From contig WQRX01000018.1 of NCBI GenBank assembly GCA_009786535.1, positions 8,513 to 72,512 of the forward strand: a stretch of DNA of 64,000 bases, read 5' to 3'. The stretch comes from Defluviitaleaceae bacterium. Lineage in GTDB: Bacteria > Bacillota > Clostridia > Lachnospirales > WQUN01. Positions 53,734 to 63,243 of the stretch are shown here, one piece after another (position 1 is the stretch's first letter; each line of letters starts with the position of its first letter). Under the pieces are notes generated by a model. The model saw only the letters and a list, made by a program, of their open reading frames with translations, searched no databases and was not told the origin of the DNA. A program made the position numbers and the translations under genes.

Positions 53734-54612
53734 ATGGCACAAAGCGCGGAAAACCACGGAAATGTACTTATAGCGGACACATTAAAATCGAATTTGTACA
53801 TATTGGCGGGCTTATTAAAACCGCATAATCTGCACGCCGAAACGGTGCTAAACGGGGCAGACGCCCTGGCACGCGTGCAAAACGGGAGCAAATACAAGCT
53901 TATTTTTATTAATTGTCATATGCCAAACGCAAGCGAAACGGCGCAAAAGGTGCGCCCGTATTGTGATGCGCTCATCGGCATCAGTGACGACGATAAAACG
54001 CATAGTGAGTATGATGCAATTATCACAAGACCCATAGACATAAACGTGCTGGAAACGGTGCTTTCTACGTATTTAAAAGGGAAAAGCGAAACCACCGACG
54101 CACGACTGCATGAAGCGTTTGCAAGCGATGGGCAAAAAACGGTCACATTAATGCAGGGCTATGTAAATAACGGTTTGCGTAGCAGCGCAGACATTGTTAA
54201 TTTTACGGTTGCCGCGCACGGCATAAAAAGCGCGTTACGCAACGTAGGCGAAGCAGACCTTTCCCACCAAGCGGCGGAACTGGAAGCGGCAGGCAACCGA
54301 AGCGACACGGCATATATCTTACAAGCCGCCCCAAATTTTGTACGTGCGTTGCAAGCGCTGGTGACAAAATACACCCCTCGGCAACAAAAAACCTACGCAA
54401 CCCAAGACGCACCCAACCTAGCACAAAACCTGCAAGCCCTTGCCGAAAAATGTGCCGAGTACAACCGCAAGGGCGCACTGGATATGCTGGCAGGCATGAC
54501 CTACGGCACCCAAAAAACGCTGGAAACGCTGGACCAAATTAAAAGTTACCTGCTCTCTACCGACTTTGACGAGGCAGAAAAAACCGCTCGCGACTATCTG
54601 GCAAGCATATAA
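53734..54612 (+). CDS. Pseudo-receiver (REC-like, no phospho-acceptor Asp) fused to an Hpt domain
   Basis: ATG at 53734. The REC-like fold VLIADT...KLIFINCHMP...IITRP has Asn where the acceptor Asp should be and Arg where the conserved Lys should be. C-terminal Hpt: AAHGIKSALRNVG. Confidence 0.65.
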   Translation: MAQSAENHGNVLIADTLKSNLYILAGLLKPHNLHAETVLNGADALARVQNGSKYKLIFINCHMPNASETAQKVRPYCDALIGISDDDKTHSEYDAIITRPIDINVLETVLSTYLKGKSETTDARLHEAFASDGQKTVTLMQGYVNNGLRSSADIVNFTVAAHGIKSALRNVGEADLSHQAAELEAAGNRSDTAYILQAAPNFVRALQALVTKYTPRQQKTYATQDAPNLAQNLQALAEKCAEYNRKGALDMLAGMTYGTQKTLETLDQIKSYLLSTDFDEAEKTARDYLASI

Positions 54613-54696
54613 AACAAAACGGACACCCCAACGACATTTCATAGAAAAATCGCTTTACAGGAATGCCCGCTTCTCGCCATTAAAAAGCCGGAATAA

Positions 54697-54933
54697 CTAT
54701 TTACCCGCCATTTGACGTTCTTGTGCTTCAATCATTTTTTTAACCATGTAGCCACCTACATAACCTGCTTGGGCAGAAGTAAGGTCGCCGTTATAGCCTT
54801 GCTTCAAAGGCACGCCAATTTCGCTGGCAACTTCAAATTTGAATTTGCTCATTGCGTCTTGCGCGTTGGGCTTTTGCATTACTTTAGCAGATTTGCTTGT
54901 TTTGGTGGTTTTTTTAGATTTCGTGGTTTTCAT
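54697..54933 (-). CDS. Alpha/beta-type small acid-soluble spore protein
   Basis: 78 aa. KFKFEVASEIGVPLKQGYNGDLTSAQAGYVGGYMVKKMIE fits the SASP signature. Confidence 0.9.
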   Translation of the reverse strand: MKTTKSKKTTKTSKSAKVMQKPNAQDAMSKFKFEVASEIGVPLKQGYNGDLTSAQAGYVGGYMVKKMIEAQERQMAGK

Positions 54934-54970
54934 TTTTGTTTCTCCTTTTGTTCGGTTTTTGTTACGTGGC

Positions 54971-54999
54971 TAGTTTGCGCCGCTGTACGGATTTTATGC
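54971..54999 (-). promoter_or_regulatory. Forespore (sigma-G/sigma-F-type) promoter of the SASP gene
   Basis: The minus strand reads GCATA-17 nt-CAAACTA, about 38 nt upstream of the ATG. This matches the G.ATA / CA.A.TA forespore promoter pattern. Confidence 0.55.
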
Positions 55000-55015
55000 A
55001 TTGTTATGTTTTACC

Positions 55016-55540
55016 ATGCGTGGTAAAATTTGCACGGTGAATGATTTGCAAGCAAAAAAAATTACACGCTTGGGCATTTTATTGGGCATGGTCATGGTGC
55101 TTTCGGCGTTAGAGCATTTGTTTGTTACTCCATTTATGCCGCCCCACGTTAAATTAGGGCTGGCAAACATTATCATTATGTACTGCGTTTTTGCCGAGGG
55201 TCACCGCTCGGCGTTTTTATTGACGCTTGCAAAATCATTATTTGTGTTGGTAACACGCGGCGCGGTTGCGGGTTTGCTTAGCTTCTGCGGGGGAATGCTC
55301 GCGGTACTTATTATCGTATTGCTTGCACGCACAGGCAAAAAACCGCTTGGGGTTTGCATAATAAGCATATGCGGTGCGTTGGGGCACAACACGGGGCAAA
55401 TTGGCGCGGCAATGGTATTGCTTTCTACGCCTTGGCTGGTGTATTATTTACCATTGCTCATTATCGCAAGCATTGTAACGGGCGCACTAACGGGTGCGCT
55501 AACAAGCGCACTCATGGAGGTGAAAATATTAAAGCCGTAG
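55016..55540 (+). CDS. Gx-transporter family membrane protein (heptaprenyl-diphosphate-synthase component I-like)
   Basis: ORF track 55001..55540. The start is uncertain (ATG 55016, GTG 55037 or TTG 55046). KITRLGILLGMVMVLSALEHLF...KLGLANIIIMY fits the family. Conserved cluster with apbE and a NusG_II gene. Confidence 0.7.
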   Translation: MRGKICTVNDLQAKKITRLGILLGMVMVLSALEHLFVTPFMPPHVKLGLANIIIMYCVFAEGHRSAFLLTLAKSLFVLVTRGAVAGLLSFCGGMLAVLIIVLLARTGKKPLGVCIISICGALGHNTGQIGAAMVLLSTPWLVYYLPLLIIASIVTGALTGALTSALMEVKILKP

Positions 55541-56421
55541 GATTATTTTTTGCCTTGCTTTTTTTAACGGGGTGCGGTAATACGGAGTACAGGCGCTTTC
55601 AAATGCAGGGCATCGGATATTTTGACAGCTTTGTTATTTTTACCGCCTACGCACCAAACGAGGCAGCGTTTTCCCATTATGCGGTACAAGTATTTGAGCG
55701 GTTACATGAGTTGCACCAATTATTCGATATCTTCCGGTCCCACGACGGCGTCACAGGCCTATATCAAGTTAATGCCAACGCAGGGATTTCGCCCGTTACC
55801 GTCCCGCAGGAAGTTATTTCTCTATTACAAAACGCGCAGGAAGCATACGCCCTTACCCATGGCGTTGTAAATATAACCCTCGGGCCTGTGCTACACCTAT
55901 GGCGCACCACTTCACCTTGCGAAGAAGCATTGCAACATGCCGCGCAATACGCAAACATACATGACATGATAATCGAAAATAATACCATTTTCCTGCAACG
56001 CGCAGGCATGTCGTTGGACGTAGGTTCAATTGCCAAGGGGTACGCCGCGGCATTAGTAATGGAAATGCTTGCACAAGGCACCCTTCCCGCCGCGTTGTTA
56101 AACCTTGGCGGGCATATCGCCGCATATAACGCGCCCCCAAACCGCAACGGCTGGGCGGCGGAAATTGCAAACACAGCCATACGGGTAAGCCTTTCTAATG
56201 CAACGCTTTCTGTAAGCAGTGCCTTCGAACGCGCCGGGCATATCGTCGACCCAACGTCGCTGCACCCCGCACGGCGGTTTGCACAAGTAGCGGTACAGCA
56301 CGAATGCGCGTGGACGGCAGATATACTTTCCACCGCTTTATTTATTTTACCCAAAGAGGAAGGAATGCAATTGGCACAAGCCCACGGGGCGCATGTGTTT
56401 TATTTGCATTTGGAGGAATAA
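55528..56421 (+). CDS. apbE: FAD:protein FMN transferase (ApbE) lipoprotein, probable ATT start
   Basis: The frame of ORF 55354..56421. The upstream part of that ORF overlaps the Gx gene. GGAGG (55517-55521) lies 6 nt before the ATT at 55528, giving (M)KAVGLFFALLFLTGCG, a perfect lipoprotein signal. ApbE body: DVGSIAKGYA and HIVDPTS. Confidence 0.7.
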   Translation: MKAVGLFFALLFLTGCGNTEYRRFQMQGIGYFDSFVIFTAYAPNEAAFSHYAVQVFERLHELHQLFDIFRSHDGVTGLYQVNANAGISPVTVPQEVISLLQNAQEAYALTHGVVNITLGPVLHLWRTTSPCEEALQHAAQYANIHDMIIENNTIFLQRAGMSLDVGSIAKGYAAALVMEMLAQGTLPAALLNLGGHIAAYNAPPNRNGWAAEIANTAIRVSLSNATLSVSSAFERAGHIVDPTSLHPARRFAQVAVQHECAWTADILSTALFILPKEEGMQLAQAHGAHVFYLHLEE

Positions 56422-56422
56422 T

Positions 56423-56764
56423 ATGAAGCGTACCTTCATTTCGCGTAAAGAATTACTTATTATCCTTGGCGTACTTGCCATTGCCGTTTTACTGCACCTG
56501 TTTTTTTTAAGCCGCACACAAAACGGCATGTACGCCGTTATTACCGTGCAAAATACTGCCGAAATTCGCCTGCCCTTAAGCGAGGATATTTACTTCCCCC
56601 TACCGCATAACCCACAAGTAATTTTCCGTATAAAAAACGGCGAAGTTTCCTTCGCCGCTTCCAATTGCAGTGACCAAATTTGTGTACGGGCGGGCGGGCT
56701 TGCGCACCGCGGGCAACACGCCGCGTGCTTGCCCAACCGTGTGTTGCTTACTATAGCGGATTAA
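56423..56764 (+). CDS. NusG domain II-containing membrane protein (DUF1312)
   Basis: ATG at 56423 after GGAGGA. N-terminal TM LLIILGVLAIAVLL, then a beta-rich domain with a CSDQICV motif. Confidence 0.7.
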   Translation: MKRTFISRKELLIILGVLAIAVLLHLFFLSRTQNGMYAVITVQNTAEIRLPLSEDIYFPLPHNPQVIFRIKNGEVSFAASNCSDQICVRAGGLAHRGQHAACLPNRVLLTIAD

Positions 56765-58187
56765 CGGGAACCAGCAAATGTACATCTCCGTCAAATCGGT
56801 TAGAGAGGAATAAACCATAGGGTTCTTCATTTTCGTCAAAATAATAAAACAGCAATAAATCAATGGATGGGAAGCTGATGACAAGCAGGTCCTCTTGCGT
56901 CCACCAATATAGGGGAATGTCATCGATAAGCCCTTCGTTTACCGCTGCACCGCCCCAGTAGCCCGTACCGTCGGCATTAAACTGGTAAATTACATAGCCG
57001 TATCCCATCAGCCAATCGTAAAACCAGTTGTTTGTTTCCTCAAAACGCCAGCGGTTGGCAACAACGGGGTCGCGCAGCCAAGGGACAGGCGGGTTAAACC
57101 TGGCGCGTACATCAATTTCACGCGTTGTTCGCGTAAGTATGTGGTTATCGTCCAACGCACCAAAGAGATACAGGTTGCCGTCATAAATATCGTAGTCATA
57201 ATCCAAGAATAATCCAATGGAAGGGAAGTCGATATACAGCACGCCTTCAAAGGTTTCCCAAAACAAGGAAAGCAAGTCGGTTATATTTCCGTTTTCGTCC
57301 ATCGCACCCCAATAGCCTATGCCGTATTCAAGGAAGATGTAAAAAACCTCGCCGTTAGTCATTAAATAGGCATAACCTATGTCGTTGGTTTCGATAAAAA
57401 TCCAAGTGCCCACTACCTCGGGGTCAACGGACCAGTCCCATAACCGGTTGCCATCCCAATCTCCGTCCCAATAGTCGTCCCGGTCAAAATCCCATGAATC
57501 CCAGTCGAATTCAAAATCCCACGCACCTGAGGTTTCCTCCAGCCATGCTTCTGCAAGGGCTTCTATTTCTGTATAAATATTAGTGCGTAAAATTACGATA
57601 GCCATTTCGCCAAATTCTTCGTCTACAGAAATGATAAGGCTTATATCCTGCGCCGCGTTGTAATAATAATACGTGGTAGAAAACCAGAGTTCCTCTACGC
57701 CTTGCAGCACAAAGCCTTGACCGCGAACCGCATCAAGAAATTGCTGTACATAACCGCCAATTTCTACCCCGTCCCAAAACGCTTCTATAGTAGTCGCGTA
57801 GGAAAATGCGTATAACAACCTGTCATAAAATAAATCATCGGGCATCATACCAAAGTATTGGGCATCGCCGCTTTCCAGCAGCTCTATATTTTCACTAATT
57901 GCCAAAAAGTCCGGTATAAAGGGAAAGCCCGCAAGCATAACCGTGCCGCCGCCTACGCCTAGTGCAGGTATGTGTAGTTCCTGCCCAACGCGTATAAAAT
58001 GGGGGTTGGTTAAATTGTTATAGTCGGCTAATTCCTGGTAGGTTAGCCCGTGGTTATGGGCAATGCGCCATAATACATCGCCTTCCTGCACAATAACCAC
58101 TTCCCCCTGCACGTTAAGGGCAAAGGGGGCAAGGGCACCCATAGCAAGCACCGCAACCAATAATAATGCATAAAATCGGTTTTTCAT
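56751..58187 (-). CDS. Secreted LysM-domain protein with a Trp/Asp-rich segment and an internal ~115-aa duplication
   Basis: The ATG at 58187 (MKNRFYALLLVAVLAMGALAPFALNVQG) overlaps the kduI stop (ATGA). LysM: VQEGDVLWRIAHNHGLTYQELADYNNLTNPHFIRVGQELHIP. It also contains WDFEFDWDSWDFDRDDYWDGDWDGNRLWDW. The two C-terminal repeats both contain G.GYWG and FPSI.L.L.Y. Confidence 0.7.
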   Translation of the reverse strand: MKNRFYALLLVAVLAMGALAPFALNVQGEVVIVQEGDVLWRIAHNHGLTYQELADYNNLTNPHFIRVGQELHIPALGVGGGTVMLAGFPFIPDFLAISENIELLESGDAQYFGMMPDDLFYDRLLYAFSYATTIEAFWDGVEIGGYVQQFLDAVRGQGFVLQGVEELWFSTTYYYYNAAQDISLIISVDEEFGEMAIVILRTNIYTEIEALAEAWLEETSGAWDFEFDWDSWDFDRDDYWDGDWDGNRLWDWSVDPEVVGTWIFIETNDIGYAYLMTNGEVFYIFLEYGIGYWGAMDENGNITDLLSLFWETFEGVLYIDFPSIGLFLDYDYDIYDGNLYLFGALDDNHILTRTTREIDVRARFNPPVPWLRDPVVANRWRFEETNNWFYDWLMGYGYVIYQFNADGTGYWGGAAVNEGLIDDIPLYWWTQEDLLVISFPSIDLLLFYYFDENEEPYGLFLSNRFDGDVHLLVPVNPL

Positions 58188-59023
58188 CGTACATCCCCCA
58201 TTTCGCATACGTCCATATCGGTGAATACCTGATTTTCCCCGCACATACCCCAGATGAAGGAGTAACGGCTTGTACCCACGCCGCTATGGATTGACCAGCT
58301 GGGCGATATTACCGCTTCTTCGTTAGCCATAACGATATGGCGCGTTTCATTAGGTTTGCCCATAAGGTGAAAAACGCGGGTATTTTCAGCCATATCAAAA
58401 TAGAAATACACTTCCATGCGGCGCTCGTGGGTGTGGCAGGGCATGGTATTCCACATATTGCATTCGTCCAAGAGGGTCATGCCCATCGTTAGCTGGCACG
58501 AATCGCAGAAGCCCGGCACAATATACTGGTTAATTGTGCGTTTATTGGATTGCTCTAAACTACCCAGATGAATTTTATTTGCGTCTGCCAGCGTAATTAG
58601 CTTGCTTGGATAGCTATGGTGCGCAGGGGTGGAATTAAAATACAGCTTAGGCGGGTTTGCCGCGTCCTTAGCTTTAATGCCAATTTCCTTTACACCTCGC
58701 CCAATGTATAAACAATCTTGGAAGGACAGGGTATAGTCTGTACCGTCCAGCGTAACAATTGCATCGCCCTTGGCGATATTAATCATGCCACCTTCGCGCC
58801 GCTCAAAAAAGGTATCTGCCCCAATTTCCTTACCGCCTTCTAATATAAGGGTCTTTTTGACGGGCATTAACCCGCCCGCAATAATGCGGTCGTTGTGGGA
58901 GTAATTAAGCACCACTTCATCTGCGGGGAATAGGTTTTGCAAAAGAAATTCGCCGCGTAGTTTTTCCGTGGTGTAGTACTTTACGTCCTCGGGGTGGGTG
59001 CCGTAGTAGATGTTTAGCTTCAT
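58184..59023 (-). CDS. kduI: 5-dehydro-4-deoxy-D-glucuronate isomerase
   Basis: 279 aa. The cupin pattern and the N-terminus Y.THPEDVK..TTEKLR.EFL fit KduI. Metal-binding His residues are present (HTHERRMEVYFYF). Confidence 0.85.
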   Translation of the reverse strand: MKLNIYYGTHPEDVKYYTTEKLRGEFLLQNLFPADEVVLNYSHNDRIIAGGLMPVKKTLILEGGKEIGADTFFERREGGMINIAKGDAIVTLDGTDYTLSFQDCLYIGRGVKEIGIKAKDAANPPKLYFNSTPAHHSYPSKLITLADANKIHLGSLEQSNKRTINQYIVPGFCDSCQLTMGMTLLDECNMWNTMPCHTHERRMEVYFYFDMAENTRVFHLMGKPNETRHIVMANEEAVISPSWSIHSGVGTSRYSFIWGMCGENQVFTDMDVCEMGDVR

Positions 59024-59047
59024 GGTACATTCTCCTTTATATGTGAT

Positions 59048-60253
59048 TTAATAAAATTCATCTTCGTGGGGCGGCGGTGCGTTTTTACGCGCTTCTTTTT
59101 TCTGCTCCATATGCTCCATTAAGCTGTCCAGCATATCTTTTAACACAGCAACAATGGGGATTGCCATAAGCATACCCAAAATACCTGCATACGCGCCGCC
59201 AATAGTAACGCTTACAATAATCAGCAACGGACTAAGGGAAAACGACCCCCCCATAAGCTTTGGCTGTATAAAATTGCCGTCCAATTGCTGGATAAAGAAC
59301 ATAATGGGCAGCAGAATTAGCATAATCCCAAAGCCCTGGGTAAAGCCTACAACGATAAGCGCCACCGCCGTACCTACAATAGAGCCAAAATACGGGATAT
59401 AGTTAAAGATACCCAGCATTAACCCCAGCACCAGGAAAAACGGCGAGCCTGCAATGTACAGCACTATCGTCATTAGCGTACCTAAAATAACCCCGTCAAT
59501 GGTTTGGGTATAAATATACATACGGAAATTAAAATTGAGCTTGCCCGCGTATTTCATAATAAAGGCGTAGGTTTTTTCCGCTGTAAAGGCGGCAATCAGT
59601 CGCCGCATAAAGGCTATAATCCTATCCCGCTGGATAAGCAGGAAAATAGCGGAAACCGTGGCCAATATTCCTTGAAAAACGGTAGAAAACATTGCCCCAA
59701 ATACATTGCCAATCACCGCCGCAATATTGGCGACATTTTCGCCGTCAAAATCGTCTGCAAAGGCGGTAAGCATTCGCGTTAGCTCTACCATTAGGGCGTC
59801 TGCATCTATATACACATCGCCTACAAAATCCGGGAAGTCCCAATTATTTACCCTGGTTATAAAATCCAACAAGCCTTGTTGGTAGGTAGGAAATTCATTA
59901 ATAAAGGTTAAAATACTGCCGTAAATAATGGGGATTACCAGGTTAAGCACCAGCGTAATTAACGCCAGTAAAAGCACCATCAAAATAAGCACAGCAAACC
60001 CCCTGCTGCGCTTCACAAAAAACGGCTTTTCTGTTTTTTCCAACAACCATTGAATACCACTGGTAGGCATATTTAATATATACGCCACAATTAAGCCATA
60101 TATAAAAGGCGTAATATGCCCCCAAAACCTTGCAATACCGTGAGCAAAAATGCTCCAGCTGCCAATCACATGCCAAATAATAATAACGGCAACCGCCAAA
60201 ATAAAATAAGGCACCATTTGCACCATCATGCGTGACCTAAAAAACTTCCCCAT
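59048..60253 (-). CDS. AI-2E family transporter (UPF0118/PerM-like)
   Basis: 401 aa, about 8 TM segments. The conserved C-terminal block is IPYFGSIVGTAVALIV...FFIQQLDGNFIQPKLMG. Confidence 0.8.
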   Translation of the reverse strand: MGKFFRSRMMVQMVPYFILAVAVIIIWHVIGSWSIFAHGIARFWGHITPFIYGLIVAYILNMPTSGIQWLLEKTEKPFFVKRSRGFAVLILMVLLLALITLVLNLVIPIIYGSILTFINEFPTYQQGLLDFITRVNNWDFPDFVGDVYIDADALMVELTRMLTAFADDFDGENVANIAAVIGNVFGAMFSTVFQGILATVSAIFLLIQRDRIIAFMRRLIAAFTAEKTYAFIMKYAGKLNFNFRMYIYTQTIDGVILGTLMTIVLYIAGSPFFLVLGLMLGIFNYIPYFGSIVGTAVALIVVGFTQGFGIMLILLPIMFFIQQLDGNFIQPKLMGGSFSLSPLLIIVSVTIGGAYAGILGMLMAIPIVAVLKDMLDSLMEHMEQKKEARKNAPPPHEDEFY

Positions 60254-60267
60254 ATATTAAATCCCCC

Positions 60268-60738
60268 TCAGTTTTTCAATGCTCGCTGTATATCCCGTTC
60301 CTGGGTCTTTTTCGCAGCGGTGTCGCGCTTGTCGTACAGCTTTTTGCCCTTGGCAATGGCAATGTCTAATTTAACATACGCTTTATGGAAATAAATTCTT
60401 AGCGGAACGATGGTATAACCCTCACGGGTTATTGCAGCGTGCAGGCGATTAATTTCCCCGCGGTTAAGCAAAAGCCGCCGCTTTCGCGTTGCGTCTACAT
60501 TAAAAATGTTGCCGTGGGAATAGGGGCTAATGTGCATTCCTTCAATAAATGCCGAGCCGCCTTCGATACGGATAAAGCTCTCCTTTAGGTTGCAGCGCCC
60601 CTCGCGAAGGGACTTTACCTCTGTCCCCACCAGGGAAATACCCGCCTGAAAGGTTTCGTCTATAAAAAAGTCATGGAAGGCTTTTTTGTTCTGCGCAATA
60701 AGTTTTTCGGGTTTAGAAACGGACAACGGTTTACACAT
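60268..60738 (-). CDS. smpB: SsrA-binding protein
   Basis: 156 aa. IAQNKKAFHDFFI..TFQAGISLVGTEVKSLREGR and KRRLLLNRGEI. Confidence 0.93.
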   Translation of the reverse strand: MCKPLSVSKPEKLIAQNKKAFHDFFIDETFQAGISLVGTEVKSLREGRCNLKESFIRIEGGSAFIEGMHISPYSHGNIFNVDATRKRRLLLNRGEINRLHAAITREGYTIVPLRIYFHKAYVKLDIAIAKGKKLYDKRDTAAKKTQERDIQRALKN

Positions 60739-60802
60739 CCTTCATTATGGGGTACATTATTAGTATAACCTATACATATGCGAGTGGGAAGCGGGAAAAA
60801 AT

Positions 60803-61816
60803 ATGCTAGGCAAATGGCGTAACAATCGCGAAAAACGAATGCATGAATACGCACTAAACGCAGGCAGCGCACCCGAAGGCAAATTTAAACGGCGCTATCG
60901 TTTTTTTCAAATCGGCTTTTTTACTTTGCTCATTGGCTTTGCAGTAATGGTGTGGGGGCATTGGGATTATTGGATATTCCGCGTGTTAATTGCCGGCAAT
61001 TATATTTTTACCGAAGATTTGGACACCCTATACAGCCAGCATATTCATGAAAATAACCGCAGAGGGTTCCACAGGGATTTTGACCGCGTAATGATATCCG
61101 TTTTTACCCAAGCCATACGCGAAATTAACCAAGACCGTTATACGTATTTATATTCCCCCCAGCAACACATTGCCGTACGCGAACGCGAGGAGCGTGTGGG
61201 TCGCCAAGCATCGGTAGAAGCACTTACAGATAATACCGTACACCTATGGATACCCAATATTTCGCGCTGGTCACGGGACTTTGTGGTAAGCAACACAAAT
61301 TATATGTCGCAGTATTCAAATTTAATATTAGACCTGCGGGATAATTCCGGCGGAATGCTTGCCGATTTTCACCGCATTGCCAATTTATTTGTACCCCGCG
61401 GTGCGGTACTTGGGCATGAAGAAACGCGAATGCCGTTTTTTACTCGTACTATAACCTCGCGCGGGCAGCCCTCACTAACATTTGACCGGATAATTATTTT
61501 ACAAAACCGCCGTACTGCCAGCGCCGCCGAAGGATTAATTCAATCCCTTGTATACCATTTGCCCAATGTAACCACCATTGGCGAACCGACATTCGGCAAG
61601 GGCATTGGGCAGGTGACAATCCCGCTAACGCGCGGGTATGCGGTACGCGCATCGGTGCTTCTTGTAAGCGGACCCGATGGGGAAAATATTCATAATATAG
61701 GCATCGCGCCCGATTTTATTGGCAATGATGAAATAGATTGGCTGCAACAGGCATTGGCAATGGTTGAAGGACCGTACGCCATCGCATATAATAGCAGGGT
61801 TGAAAATGAGGAGTGA
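60803..61816 (+). CDS. S41-family (C-terminal processing/tail-specific) peptidase, membrane-anchored
   Basis: 337 aa. N-terminal TM, then LILDLRDNSGGML, RRTASAAEG and GEPTFGKG. Confidence 0.8.
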   Translation: MLGKWRNNREKRMHEYALNAGSAPEGKFKRRYRFFQIGFFTLLIGFAVMVWGHWDYWIFRVLIAGNYIFTEDLDTLYSQHIHENNRRGFHRDFDRVMISVFTQAIREINQDRYTYLYSPQQHIAVREREERVGRQASVEALTDNTVHLWIPNISRWSRDFVVSNTNYMSQYSNLILDLRDNSGGMLADFHRIANLFVPRGAVLGHEETRMPFFTRTITSRGQPSLTFDRIIILQNRRTASAAEGLIQSLVYHLPNVTTIGEPTFGKGIGQVTIPLTRGYAVRASVLLVSGPDGENIHNIGIAPDFIGNDEIDWLQQALAMVEGPYAIAYNSRVENEE

Positions 61817-61821
61817 TTTCC

Positions 61822-63207
61822 ATGCAAGACGCGCCAAACAAAAAAGATGATTTATACAGCATCACCGAAATAGAAAAAATACAGGCGGAAATTGCCCGCG
61901 ACCTGGCACTGGCGGATTCCATTGTAATTACGCCTACGCCAATTACCACGCCGCCCCCCGCAACAACGGTGTATAACTCACCTTATACCGCACCCGTTAC
62001 GCCCGCGCCCATTGCCCCCATATCCGCGCGCAGCACGCCGCAAGTATCTTGGATAAAGCGCTTGGTGCTGGTATGCATTATTTGCACATTGGGGACGACC
62101 AGCTTCGGCTTTGCATTTGGCGCTGCGGCTACATGGATACGCAGCCGTGCAAACGACGCCCCTACTGCACCCTTATCGGGGGAAGCATCGGCAAGCCTTA
62201 TCACCTCCTCGCGCTACGCGTTCGAACCCCTGCCCGACGGTACCGCTGCAACGTTAGCGGACATGATTTCCGCCGCGGCTGCGTCTGTAGTTGGCATTGC
62301 CACCATAAACAATGATATGTCCCGCCAAAACGGTACGGGCGTTATCTTTGCGGAAGAAGAAGAGCGCGTATTCATTGTCACCAACCACTATGTAGTATAC
62401 GGCGGACAGCAGGTACTTGTGCGCTTTACCCGCGATGTCGCCGTAGAAGCACACCCCTTCGCCCACGACCAAGAAATGGATATCTCCGTCATTTTTGTAT
62501 ACAAAGCCGACTTAGCAAGTGCGGGCATACACCACGTAGTGCTTGCCACCTTTGGGGATTCGTCCGCCATGCGCATGGGGGATACGGTCATTGCGCTGGG
62601 CAATTCGCGGGGGGAGGGCATTTCCGTTACCCGCGGCATTATCAGCACCGAGGAGCAGCTTATCCAAATACCCAGCCATGTCATTGGTCGTACCTTAGAT
62701 GTATATGTAATCCAAACCGATGCGTCCATAAACGACGGCGACAGCGGCGGTCCGCTGATTAACACCCGCGGCGAAGTAATTGGCATTATCAACGCCAATG
62801 TATCCTTTGTGATATTTGACACAGGCGCAATGGCAGAGGGCATTGGCTACAGCATTGCATCCAACACCGTGCAGGAAATGGTTTACCTGCTGGTAAACCG
62901 CTTGCGCCCCGCCATTGGTATTACAGGTACCAGAATATCCGACGCACAGGCCGAAAGGTGGGATATCCCCCGCGCGGGTGTATATGTTTCCCGCGTGATG
63001 GCAAACGGCGCAGCCGAAGCGGCGGGCGTACAAGACGGCGATATTATTACGGGCTTTAACGGTCAACCCGTAATAGATATGGACCAACTACGTGCAGACA
63101 TTTCTGTCCTGCGCCCGGGCGACGTAGTAGAAGTGCGTATTTTGCGCAACGGCAATCCATTGGTATTGGAAATGACATTGCAGCCCATGATTTTTGATAC
63201 ATTTTAA
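61822..63207 (+). CDS. htrA: HtrA/DegP-family trypsin-like serine protease with a PDZ domain
   Basis: ORF track 61813..63207. The ATG at 61822 has GAGGAG 8 nt upstream. TM anchor, catalytic TDASINDGDSGGPLIN, and a C-terminal PDZ domain (GVYVSRVMANGAAEAAGVQDGDIITGFNG). Confidence 0.88.
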   Translation: MQDAPNKKDDLYSITEIEKIQAEIARDLALADSIVITPTPITTPPPATTVYNSPYTAPVTPAPIAPISARSTPQVSWIKRLVLVCIICTLGTTSFGFAFGAAATWIRSRANDAPTAPLSGEASASLITSSRYAFEPLPDGTAATLADMISAAAASVVGIATINNDMSRQNGTGVIFAEEEERVFIVTNHYVVYGGQQVLVRFTRDVAVEAHPFAHDQEMDISVIFVYKADLASAGIHHVVLATFGDSSAMRMGDTVIALGNSRGEGISVTRGIISTEEQLIQIPSHVIGRTLDVYVIQTDASINDGDSGGPLINTRGEVIGIINANVSFVIFDTGAMAEGIGYSIASNTVQEMVYLLVNRLRPAIGITGTRISDAQAERWDIPRAGVYVSRVMANGAAEAAGVQDGDIITGFNGQPVIDMDQLRADISVLRPGDVVEVRILRNGNPLVLEMTLQPMIFDTF

Positions 63208-63243
63208 TTAAATTTTTGCACACACTAAAGCCGAGGTGATTTT

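Noticed and set aside
60254-60802. tmRNA (ssrA) next to smpB
   Set aside because: Both flanks of smpB are short (14 nt and 64 nt) and are directly followed by protein-coding genes. No tRNA-like acceptor/T-arm sequence is visible.
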